Origin: a candidate division WOR-3 bacterium
GTDB taxonomy: Bacteria; Hydrothermota; Hydrothermia; B15-G9
DNA length: 64,000 nucleotides
Assembly: GCA_015489175.1 (NCBI GenBank)
Contig: WGAI01000008.1
Span: 2,457 to 66,456 of the forward strand
Direction of reading: 5' to 3'
In this document: piece after piece, positions 1 through 8,092 of the stretch
How positions within the stretch are numbered: position 1 is the first letter of the stretch
Layout of the letters: every line of letters begins with the position of its first letter
Notes under the pieces: generated by a model
Database searches by the model: none
Told to the model about the DNA's origin: nothing
What the model saw: only the letters and a program-made list of their open reading frames with translations
Program-made: the position numbers and the translations under genes

Positions 1-2
1 TG

Positions 3-617
3 GCTGATTTCGGGTTGTCGTTCATCGCATTTTTCGGCATAGTCGTGGCAATTTTCGTAGGAGCAGAACTCATCCATCGGGAACTGGACAAAAGGACGAT
101 CTATGTTATCATCTCCAAACCCATCGAAAGAAGCGTGTTTGTATGGGGGAGATACCTTGGTCTCATAGGCGTGATCCTCATAAATTTCTTGATGATGGGC
201 GTCTTACTCTATCTGATGATTTACTTTTATGCCGGCTCAATAAATGCGCTTGTTATGATAGCCATTTACGGCTCACTGCTTGAAGCTGCTATGATAACAG
301 CGTTTGCTATCTTTTACTCGAGTTTCACATCGCCGTTCGTGGCGGCTTTCTCTGCATTTGGGACATACATAATCTGTGAATCGATCGACATAATCAGGGC
401 GTCTGCAGCAAAACAGTCGGGCATAATAAGATGGATCCTTAACCTTACCGCCACAGTGTTCCCCGACATGACAAGATTTAATCTCAAAACACCGGCGGTC
501 TATCTCGATTCCATACCAGTGCAAGACATACTCTTCATAACACTCTATGCAATAGGTTACATTTTGATTCTCATAGTGTTAACATCCTTCATCTTTGACA
601 AAAGGGAATTCAAATGA
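3..617 (+). CDS. ABC-2 type transporter permease, type IV pilus-associated (PilI-like); 5' partial
   Basis: The frame is open to the left edge (ADFGLSFI...). Motif ELDKRTIYVIISKPIERS..VWGRYLG is typical of ABC-2 permeases. Multi-TM; overlaps the next gene (ATGA-type coupling). Confidence 0.8.
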   Translation, partial: ADFGLSFIAFFGIVVAIFVGAELIHRELDKRTIYVIISKPIERSVFVWGRYLGLIGVILINFLMMGVLLYLMIYFYAGSINALVMIAIYGSLLEAAMITAFAIFYSSFTSPFVAAFSAFGTYIICESIDIIRASAAKQSGIIRWILNLTATVFPDMTRFNLKTPAVYLDSIPVQDILFITLYAIGYILILIVLTSFIFDKREFK

Positions 618-1516
618 AGCTAAAAATTCCCAAAAAAGTCCGAATTAAGTTTAGACTGAAAACATTAAGGAAGCATGATCTATTAAGGTTATTGCTCATC
701 GGAATTGGGCTCGTGTTTATCCTGCTTGGCAACAGAACCGTGAGGAGCGAAGTGGAAAAGCGAGAGAGGTTTTATTGGGTTCCGAAAGCTAATTACATCA
801 AAGCGGTGTCTCTCGAATACAAGAATGCTATATCCGACTTTTTCTGGATGAAAGTCACGCTTACATACGGTGACCGCAACTTTGACAAAAAAGCGACCAA
901 GAAAGATTGGGAATATCTGGCGAAATTGACTGATCTCGTCACCGATCTCGACCCTCGCTTCTTTATACCTTATATGTTTGCGGCTTCTGTGCTGTCATGG
1001 GAAGGCGGCATGCCAGAAGAGGCTGTAAGAATTTTGAAAAAGGGACTTAACGCTCGACGGGATGATTGGAGAATTCCGTTCTACATTGGGTTTAACTATT
1101 TCTATTTTCTCGGCGACTCGCTTCGTGCAAGCCAATACCTGATAAAGGCCTCCAGATTACCCGGTTCACCCAAATATCTGCCACTTCTCGCGACAAGGCT
1201 GAGGAGCCATGCGGGAGACATTAAAACCGCAATAAGATTCCTTCAAGGACTTCTCAACACAATTGAAAACGAACAGACGCGTGAGAAAATTATGAAAAGG
1301 TTGAAGGCATTAAAGGACATCGATTACTTGCAGACCGGCGTGAAAATATACCGAATAAAAACAGCAAAATATCCCCCAAGTTTGAGGGATGTTCTGGCTC
1401 TCGGAATAATTGACTCCATACCTCATGAGCCTTACGGCGGTTATTACACTTATGACCCTAAAACAGGCAAGGTATGGAGCAGTACTGACCTTGGTAAAAA
1501 AGTAAAGAAGGAGTGA
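614..1516 (+). CDS. Membrane-anchored TPR-like protein of pilus accessory loci, with a pseudopilin-G-like C-terminal motif
   Basis: N-terminal TM; LTDLVTDLDPRF / WRIPFYIGFNYFYFL helical repeats; C-terminal YPPSL..L..IP.EPYGGYY motif; lies between the ABC permease and the PilT-family gene. Confidence 0.65.
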   Translation: MKLKIPKKVRIKFRLKTLRKHDLLRLLLIGIGLVFILLGNRTVRSEVEKRERFYWVPKANYIKAVSLEYKNAISDFFWMKVTLTYGDRNFDKKATKKDWEYLAKLTDLVTDLDPRFFIPYMFAASVLSWEGGMPEEAVRILKKGLNARRDDWRIPFYIGFNYFYFLGDSLRASQYLIKASRLPGSPKYLPLLATRLRSHAGDIKTAIRFLQGLLNTIENEQTREKIMKRLKALKDIDYLQTGVKIYRIKTAKYPPSLRDVLALGIIDSIPHEPYGGYYTYDPKTGKVWSSTDLGKKVKKE

Positions 1517-2802
1517 AAACAATGGCTGTATCAATAGCTTATAGGATATTCAAAGCTGCAAAAGATAAGGGAGCATCGGACATCCACCTTAAAAGCGGCA
1601 CATACCCGTTTTTCAGAATAGAGGGACAACTGACGCGCTACGCCGAACATCCTGTTTTGACCGACGAGATGATGCGCGCGATAGCCAACGAACTCATGGA
1701 CGATAGGCACAGAAAAATCCTGCAACAGCGTCTATCCGTTGACCTCGCTTATGATCACCCCGACATAGGTCGATTCAGGGTTAACCTGTTTTACCAGATG
1801 AACAAGCTTGCGCTTGTGGCAAGGTTAATCCCCAAAAGCGTGAAGACGATAAGGGAGCTAAATCTGCCGCCCGTCATCGAGAAGCTCGCATTTGAGGAGA
1901 GGGGACTGATTCTCGTCACAGGAACTACGGGCAGCGGTAAATCGACAACACTCGCAGCAATGATCAACATGATCAATCGTGAGAAGTCTGCACGCATAAT
2001 CACGATCGAAGACCCGATAGAATATGTTTTCACCGATGAATTAAGCCTCATCTCTCAGCGTGAAATCGGATTTGACACCATATCGTTTGCTGCGGGCCTG
2101 CGCGACGCACTCCGTCAGGACCCCGAAATCATAATGGTAGGTGAGATGAGGGACATCGAGACCATGGAGACGGCGCTCACAGCAGCTGAGACGGGACACC
2201 TCGTGATGTCAACATTGCACACACTCGACGCAAAAGAGACTATAAACCGAATAATCAATGCTTTCCCCGGCGAAAAGCAGAACGAGATACGGGTTATGCT
2301 CGCATCCGTGTTGAAAGCCGCAATCGCCCAGCGTCTCATAATCTCAAAAACCGGAAAACGAATCCCTGCAGTCGAGATATTAGTCAACACGCCGCGCGTC
2401 AGGGAAATCATAGCAGATCCCAACAGGTTCTCGGAGTTGCACGCCGCAATAGAAGAAGGGTTCATACCTTATGGTATGCAGACTTTTGAGCAATCCCTGT
2501 TCTATCTTTGGAAGAGAGGGCTAATCGACGAGGAGATAGCTCTCGAACATGCCACACGGAAGGATGACCTCAAGTTGATAATCAGCGGAGTGCAATCCAG
2601 CCGCTACGAAAAGGTGTGGAAGCCGTTTGAAGACCTCGCTCTTAAAGAACTTAAAGAAGAACAGCAAAAGGAATCCGAACTTTCTCCCGAGACGACATTT
2701 TTCGGTGGGACACCATCTACAACTCAACCGACCAAGGAAGAAGAAACTAAAAAATCAAAGGATTTCGACATAGATGAGCTGCTCAATAGCCTCGGAGGAT
2801 GA
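1513..2802 (+). CDS. PilT/PilU family type IV pilus retraction ATPase
   Basis: ASDIHL, Walker A GTTGSGKSTT, Asp box TIEDPIE, ALRQDPEIIMVGEMRD, His box GHLVMSTLHT. The canonical PilT AIRNLIRE motif is absent. Confidence 0.92.
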   Translation: MKTMAVSIAYRIFKAAKDKGASDIHLKSGTYPFFRIEGQLTRYAEHPVLTDEMMRAIANELMDDRHRKILQQRLSVDLAYDHPDIGRFRVNLFYQMNKLALVARLIPKSVKTIRELNLPPVIEKLAFEERGLILVTGTTGSGKSTTLAAMINMINREKSARIITIEDPIEYVFTDELSLISQREIGFDTISFAAGLRDALRQDPEIIMVGEMRDIETMETALTAAETGHLVMSTLHTLDAKETINRIINAFPGEKQNEIRVMLASVLKAAIAQRLIISKTGKRIPAVEILVNTPRVREIIADPNRFSELHAAIEEGFIPYGMQTFEQSLFYLWKRGLIDEEIALEHATRKDDLKLIISGVQSSRYEKVWKPFEDLALKELKEEQQKESELSPETTFFGGTPSTTQPTKEEETKKSKDFDIDELLNSLGG

Positions 2803-3481
2803 TCTTACCCGGCGGTTTGCACTACCAATTCAGTATATCGTTCCGTTCACAAGCAGGAAGAATTCGGTTTTCCTCGTCAGGTATCACGGCAAGTTAGCTG
2901 TTTGCAAACATTTCAAATCGGTCGAGAGCGCCCAGAAGGAATGGACATTATTGTTCAGGCTGAAGTCAATCGGCATACCAGCACCTAATCCCATTACACT
3001 TTTCGGGAACTGGTCGATAAGGGAGTTCGTTGATGGGGTGCCTATATCCGATCTGATCGATATGGATTCGCACAACATAAGGTGGATAACACCTTTAGCA
3101 ATATGGCTTTATAGTTTCCATCGCTATGTCAACCTGAAACTTGGCGATGTAAACCTGAGGAATTTCATCTTTCAGGAGGAGAACCGCGCGATATACGCCA
3201 TCGACTTCGAAGATGTCAGTCAGGGTAACCCACTTGAGGATATAGGGGACCTGGTGGTGCATATCCTGACGCACAGGCCAGAATTCACAGACAATAAGTT
3301 CAGGATGGCAACAACACTAATCAAAAGTTACAGTGATATCGCAAAGATCAGCAGGAAGAGCATCATTAACGAGCTCTACGATGCGTTCTTAAGGGCAGCT
3401 GTAAGGAGGAGGAATCTGTCTATCCTCAACTTCTTTCATTTTGTTAAAAAAATTGACAGTCTTCTGGAACCTTCAATATAA
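2774..3481 (+). CDS. Protein-kinase-like (RIO/Kdo/APH-type) phosphotransferase; start uncertain
   Basis: AVCK (VAIK-like), EW..L..L, catalytic loop GDVNLRN, metal-binding IDFE, DIGDL. Confidence 0.7.
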   Translation: MSCSIASEDDLTRRFALPIQYIVPFTSRKNSVFLVRYHGKLAVCKHFKSVESAQKEWTLLFRLKSIGIPAPNPITLFGNWSIREFVDGVPISDLIDMDSHNIRWITPLAIWLYSFHRYVNLKLGDVNLRNFIFQEENRAIYAIDFEDVSQGNPLEDIGDLVVHILTHRPEFTDNKFRMATTLIKSYSDIAKISRKSIINELYDAFLRAAVRRRNLSILNFFHFVKKIDSLLEPSI

Positions 3482-3505
3482 TCCATACACCGAAAGGAGG
3501 TAGAG

Positions 3506-4489
3506 ATGCTAAACAAAATTTTGACTGTTGTTAACATTATACTTGCAGCTATTTTGGTTTACATACTCATACAGCCGAAAATACAGGCATCCAAAATCGT
3601 TGAGGCCAAGATCTACTATCGAGATGATGTCAGTGCTACCCCGCTGTATATCGCCGAGGCAAATGGCTATTTCGATTCTTTAAAAGTCAAAGTTACCGTC
3701 GAAGAAGTTGGCAAACCCGGCGAAGATGTTGAAAATGTGCTGAAAGGTATTGGCCAGCTTGCTTCCGGCACAGATTGGGGCATGTTTCTCTTTAAGGCAA
3801 AAGCGAGGCCAAGCGTATATAGAATTGTAACAAATGCGACTTCAACAATAAGCGTGCCATATACCGCCCTTCTCGCACCGCCCAAGTCGAAGATCAAAAA
3901 GCTTTCGGATCTTGTTGGCAAAAAAGTGGGCTATCTCCGCGGCACAAAATACGAATATCTGCTGAGATACGCATTAAAGTCGCAGGGAATAAACGACAGT
4001 CTGGTCGAATATACCCCCCTTATGATGTCCGAAATGAAGAATGTGTTTAACCCTGACAGCGCTCTTGTGGCAGTCGATGCAGTTCTCGCTGTCGAGCCAT
4101 ATCGCACCTTGCTCATAAAACAAGGAGCAAGAATCATAGAGGACGGCTTCCTCGAGAAATACACCGTAACGCCGTTCCCTGTTGGCGTAACCTACACATC
4201 TGTCACTAACTTGCAGCTTCGCAAGAATGCCACCCAGCGCGTTGTGAAGGCGATTAACATGGCAATCGACTTCATGAGAAAGCATCCGGATAGCGCTACA
4301 GCTATCGTCAAAACAAGACTCAATGTGCCTGATGAGGTCAGTCTGATGCTACCTACTTTCGAGAAATACAACGAGATCGACCCCGCTCAGCTGGACAGGT
4401 ATGTGGATGTGTTGAAGAAGGCCAATGTGCTCTTCGTGGACATCGAAACGGACTCCATGTTGATCTCACCGGAAGAAATAAAGAAATAG
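3506..4489 (+). CDS. ABC transporter substrate-binding protein, SsuA/NMT1/THI5 family
   Basis: PLYIAEANGYF..L.V.V, I..LSDLVGKKVG, AV.EPY, RVVKAI..AIDF motifs; N-terminal hydrophobic anchor; SD AGGAGG. Confidence 0.85.
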   Translation: MLNKILTVVNIILAAILVYILIQPKIQASKIVEAKIYYRDDVSATPLYIAEANGYFDSLKVKVTVEEVGKPGEDVENVLKGIGQLASGTDWGMFLFKAKARPSVYRIVTNATSTISVPYTALLAPPKSKIKKLSDLVGKKVGYLRGTKYEYLLRYALKSQGINDSLVEYTPLMMSEMKNVFNPDSALVAVDAVLAVEPYRTLLIKQGARIIEDGFLEKYTVTPFPVGVTYTSVTNLQLRKNATQRVVKAINMAIDFMRKHPDSATAIVKTRLNVPDEVSLMLPTFEKYNEIDPAQLDRYVDVLKKANVLFVDIETDSMLISPEEIKK

Positions 4490-4493
4490 TTGC

Positions 4494-5990
4494 GTGAAAA
4501 AAATTACATTCTGGCTGGTTTTTGCAGCGTTTGCGCTGCTTGAGCTTTCAATTTATCCGTTCAAGCTGCCGATTTTGGGGACAGTTGCATTTGTCCCCTT
4601 TTTCTTATTGATTGACCTGCGCAAAAAGTCGTTCCTGATGATTTACCTCATTGGGGTGCTGTTCTTCGCGGCAAATCTCTATTTCGTGGCATTCATCCAG
4701 ATCGCCGGTTATGAAAAGTTCGCATTGATATTAGGCTATATCCTGCTTGTCCTCTATGAATCCCTGTTTTACGGGCTCTGGGGATGGCTCTATTCCAGAT
4801 TTCACGACAAAAAACTCGCATGGTTGCTGGCGCCATCGATATGGGTTGTGCTTGAGTATGCGCGGAGTGTGACTGATCTCGGCTTCCCGTGGTTGAACCT
4901 GTGGATGACGACGGCAGGTGACCTGCCGATAGCTGGATTGGCGTCAGTAATAGGCCCTTACGGTGTGTCGTGGTTGCTGGTTTTTAACGGTTACATCGCA
5001 TACAAAGCCGTAAAGGAGAAAAGCAAGAAACTATTAGCCATTTTCCTTTCTGTGGTCGTGGCCCTACACATCATCGGGTATTTGTCCGTCAAGCTGCAAA
5101 ACAAAGGATTTAAACGCAAAGTTAGAGTAGCAGTTATCCAGCCGGACATCCTGCCCACAACAGTTTACAACCCGGCAGAATGGTGGCAGACGGTTAAGGC
5201 ATTCAACACCATTATGGACTCACTCGATAAGGACTCGTTCGACATAATCATACTATCGGAATCCGCATTTCCGGGATTTTACAGGCTGGGCCAGAAGGTG
5301 AAGCGGTATGTCCACGGCATAGTCAGAAGATACGACGCTTACATCCTTTTTGGCAGTGCAGAATACGACCCGGTCAACATAAAAATCTACAATTCTGCCT
5401 TCCTCGTGGATCCAAATGGTAAAATCGTTGGGTTTTACAGCAAGAACCATCTTGTTCCATTCGGAGAACATCTGCCATTTGAGGATAAGTTAAAGTTTCT
5501 GAGAAGAATAAATCTTGGCCAGAGCGACTACTCACCCGGAGGAAGTTTCAAACCGCTATCCTTCAACGGCGTCAAAATGGGGATCATGATCTGCTTCGAG
5601 TCCATGTTCCCTGAAATATCGAGGAGAGAAGCCAATCTTGGTGCAAACATGCTGGTCGTTATGACGAACGACGGGTGGTTCGGGAAAACAGTCGGTCCTG
5701 TGCTACACTACGAGCATGCCCGTTTCAGAGCGATAGAGACCGGAAGATACATTGTGAGATCCGCAAAAACAGGCATCTCGGCGATAATAGCGCCTGATGG
5801 CTCGACTGTAACGGAGTTGCCACTCTTCAAGGCTGGCTATTTCGTTAGCGATGTGCCGCTTCGTGACGGAAAAACCATCTACATGGTGTTAGGCGACCTC
5901 ATCGTATGGCTTTCTATCTTGATTGTAGCATCGGCCTTGGCATATTTCGCAATAATGAGGCGGAGAAAAAGGTCAGAACATCAGCTATAA
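4494..5990 (+). CDS. lnt: Apolipoprotein N-acyltransferase
   Basis: N-terminal TMs with GFPW; nitrilase-fold triad SES, YSKNHLVPFGE, ICFES; TNDGWFG; RAIETGRY.VRSAKTGIS. Confidence 0.95.
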   Translation: MKKITFWLVFAAFALLELSIYPFKLPILGTVAFVPFFLLIDLRKKSFLMIYLIGVLFFAANLYFVAFIQIAGYEKFALILGYILLVLYESLFYGLWGWLYSRFHDKKLAWLLAPSIWVVLEYARSVTDLGFPWLNLWMTTAGDLPIAGLASVIGPYGVSWLLVFNGYIAYKAVKEKSKKLLAIFLSVVVALHIIGYLSVKLQNKGFKRKVRVAVIQPDILPTTVYNPAEWWQTVKAFNTIMDSLDKDSFDIIILSESAFPGFYRLGQKVKRYVHGIVRRYDAYILFGSAEYDPVNIKIYNSAFLVDPNGKIVGFYSKNHLVPFGEHLPFEDKLKFLRRINLGQSDYSPGGSFKPLSFNGVKMGIMICFESMFPEISRREANLGANMLVVMTNDGWFGKTVGPVLHYEHARFRAIETGRYIVRSAKTGISAIIAPDGSTVTELPLFKAGYFVSDVPLRDGKTIYMVLGDLIVWLSILIVASALAYFAIMRRRKRSEHQL

Positions 5991-5991
5991 T
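5986..5991 (+). promoter_or_regulatory. -10 box (TATAAT) 7 nt upstream of the recN ATG; probable leaderless transcript
   Basis: TATAAT-acacgcc-ATG, with no SD. Confidence 0.5.
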
Positions 5992-5998
5992 ACACGCC

Positions 5999-7702
5999 AT
6001 GGCTATCCTTGAACTCAACATCCGTAACCTTGTCCTTGTTCGTGATGTTAGAATTGAATTTTCCAGAGGGTTGAACATCATAACTGGTGAGACCGGCACA
6101 GGTAAATCGTTGCTCATAAACGGATTAAGCATCCTCGTCGGCGAGAAAGCGTCGCGAGACCTGATCGGGCGAAATGGGAAATCGGCAGATGTCTCAGCGG
6201 TGTTTGAGGTGCCGTCTGAATTGATGCCAAAACTATCCGAAATGGGGTTTGAACCTGACGATGATGTCCTGATAATAAGGCGGGTGTTACGGCAGTCGGG
6301 GACAAGGAGTTACATAAACGGAGCACCTGTCACGAGGCAACAACTTCGAGCTGTAACTTCTATGTTGATCGATATCCACGGCCAGCACGGCCATCAGGTG
6401 CTGTTAGATGAAACGAGTCACATCCAGTTCCTGGACAGGTTCGGAAAGTTAGAGTCCATGGTCAAGGAGGTCGCACAGCGCTACCGCAGGTGGCAAAGCC
6501 TGTTAACCAGACTGCGTGAGGGAAAAGAGAGACTATCGCGTCTGCGCGAGATGCGTGATTTCATGGAGTATCAGCTTTCGGAGCTCGAAGAAGCCGATCT
6601 GAGAGAAGGCGAGGACGAGGAGATCAGCGAGAGGCTGAATGTGCTGACTAACATCGAAAAAATCCGTCAGGCGGTCGCCACAGCACTGAAACTTCTTTAT
6701 GAGGCCGAAGATTCTGCCCATTCAAAGGTAAGCCACGCCCTTGAGCTCATGAAAGACGCCTCGGGCTTCGACTCGAGACTGAAAGAATTCATTGAGCCGT
6801 TAACTAACTCGGAATCCGTGCTTTCGGACATAGGCAGCTCGCTGTCGGTTTACATGGAGGATTTATCTTACGATCCCGCTGAGATAGAAGCACTTAACGC
6901 AAGGCTTGCATTGATAAACAGGCTCAAATCTAAATACAAAACCGACCTGAAAGGCCTAATTCAGCTCAGAGAAAAACTGAGGAACGACATAAACGAGCTC
7001 GATCTGGGGGATTTCCGAATTGGGGAACTGGAACGACAGGTCGAAGAAGCGCGTGAAGAGTTTTATGAGCTTGCGCTCAAGCTATCGGCCAGGAGGCGCG
7101 AAATAGCGTCCATATTCAAAACAAAAGTTGAAGCGGAACTCGCCGAGCTCGGCATGGGCGATGCCCGTTTTGAGGTGGACATTCAGTCAGCGCAGCCATC
7201 CGAATCCGGCATTGACACCGTGCGGTTTGCTGTGTCCAGACCATCGGAATCTGGGATTGACACAATAAAATTCATGATAAGCACAGTGCCTGGAGAGGAA
7301 CCGCGCCCGTTGATGAGGATAGTATCAGGTGGTGAGCTTTCGCGAATCATGCTCGCCCTCAAGGTTGTCCTCGCCGAAATCGATGTCGTGCCAACGCTTG
7401 TTTTCGACGAGATCGATGTCGGCATAAGCGGTCGTATAGCCGAAGCGGTGGGAAGAAAGATGAAAAAAGTGGCAGCACACCGGCAGGTGATAGCCGTCAC
7501 ACACCTACCCCAAATAGCCGTGTTCGCCGACGCTCATTTCAAAGTCGAAAAGAAAAGGGCAGCTGATAGCCTTGAAACCACCGTTAAGTTTCTTGAGAAT
7601 AATGAGCGTGTAATGGAAATAGCAAGCATGTTGACTGGAGAGAAGATAACGGACGCATCGATCCAGCAAGCGCGGGAACTTTTAAAAATCGCAAAACTAT
7701 AA
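5999..7702 (+). CDS. recN: DNA repair protein RecN
   Basis: Walker A TGETGTGKS, IHGQH Q-loop, signature SGGELSR, Walker B FDEID.GISG, VTHLPQIA. The start is set at ATG 5999, not the track start 5906. Confidence 0.96.
   Translation: MAILELNIRNLVLVRDVRIEFSRGLNIITGETGTGKSLLINGLSILVGEKASRDLIGRNGKSADVSAVFEVPSELMPKLSEMGFEPDDDVLIIRRVLRQSGTRSYINGAPVTRQQLRAVTSMLIDIHGQHGHQVLLDETSHIQFLDRFGKLESMVKEVAQRYRRWQSLLTRLREGKERLSRLREMRDFMEYQLSELEEADLREGEDEEISERLNVLTNIEKIRQAVATALKLLYEAEDSAHSKVSHALELMKDASGFDSRLKEFIEPLTNSESVLSDIGSSLSVYMEDLSYDPAEIEALNARLALINRLKSKYKTDLKGLIQLREKLRNDINELDLGDFRIGELERQVEEAREEFYELALKLSARRREIASIFKTKVEAELAELGMGDARFEVDIQSAQPSESGIDTVRFAVSRPSESGIDTIKFMISTVPGEEPRPLMRIVSGGELSRIMLALKVVLAEIDVVPTLVFDEIDVGISGRIAEAVGRKMKKVAAHRQVIAVTHLPQIAVFADAHFKVEKKRAADSLETTVKFLENNERVMEIASMLTGEKITDASIQQARELLKIAKL
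7196..7285 (+). repeat. In-frame 45-nt (15 aa) tandem duplication inside recN
   Basis: PSESGIDTVRFAVSR followed by PSESGIDTIKFMIST; ccatccgaatccggcattgacac at 7196 vs ccatcggaatctgggattgacac at 7241. Confidence 0.85.
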
Positions 7703-7735
7703 TTTAAAAATCACGGTTTTAACAGGGAGGGAATC

Positions 7736-8092
7736 ATGAGAATCTTCATATTTGATGATGAACCGGACATACTCGAGGCATTGATAACATACATGTCGTG
7801 CAACGGTAACGAGTTGTATGGTTTCGTAGATTACAGGGAGGCGATAAAATTCGCCCGAGACAGCGAAAACAAAATAGATGTTGCCATAGTAGATGGCGCT
7901 ATCGACGGCTATATGGAGGTTGGCCTCGAACTTTCGTCCATAATAAGGAGCAAAAATCCTGATGCAAGGATAATCATTCTCACAGGTTTTTCAGAAATGA
8001 CAAACCGGGAAATGCTTGAAAAATATAAAGTCGAGCTTAAGGAGAAGCCATCCGGCGTTCTCGACATCGTAAATGAGTTCGGGTGTATATGA
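7736..8092 (+). CDS. Single-domain response regulator (receiver only)
   Basis: IFDDEP, AIVD phospho-Asp, ILTG, KP; overlaps the kinase gene. Confidence 0.88.
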   Translation: MRIFIFDDEPDILEALITYMSCNGNELYGFVDYREAIKFARDSENKIDVAIVDGAIDGYMEVGLELSSIIRSKNPDARIIILTGFSEMTNREMLEKYKVELKEKPSGVLDIVNEFGCI

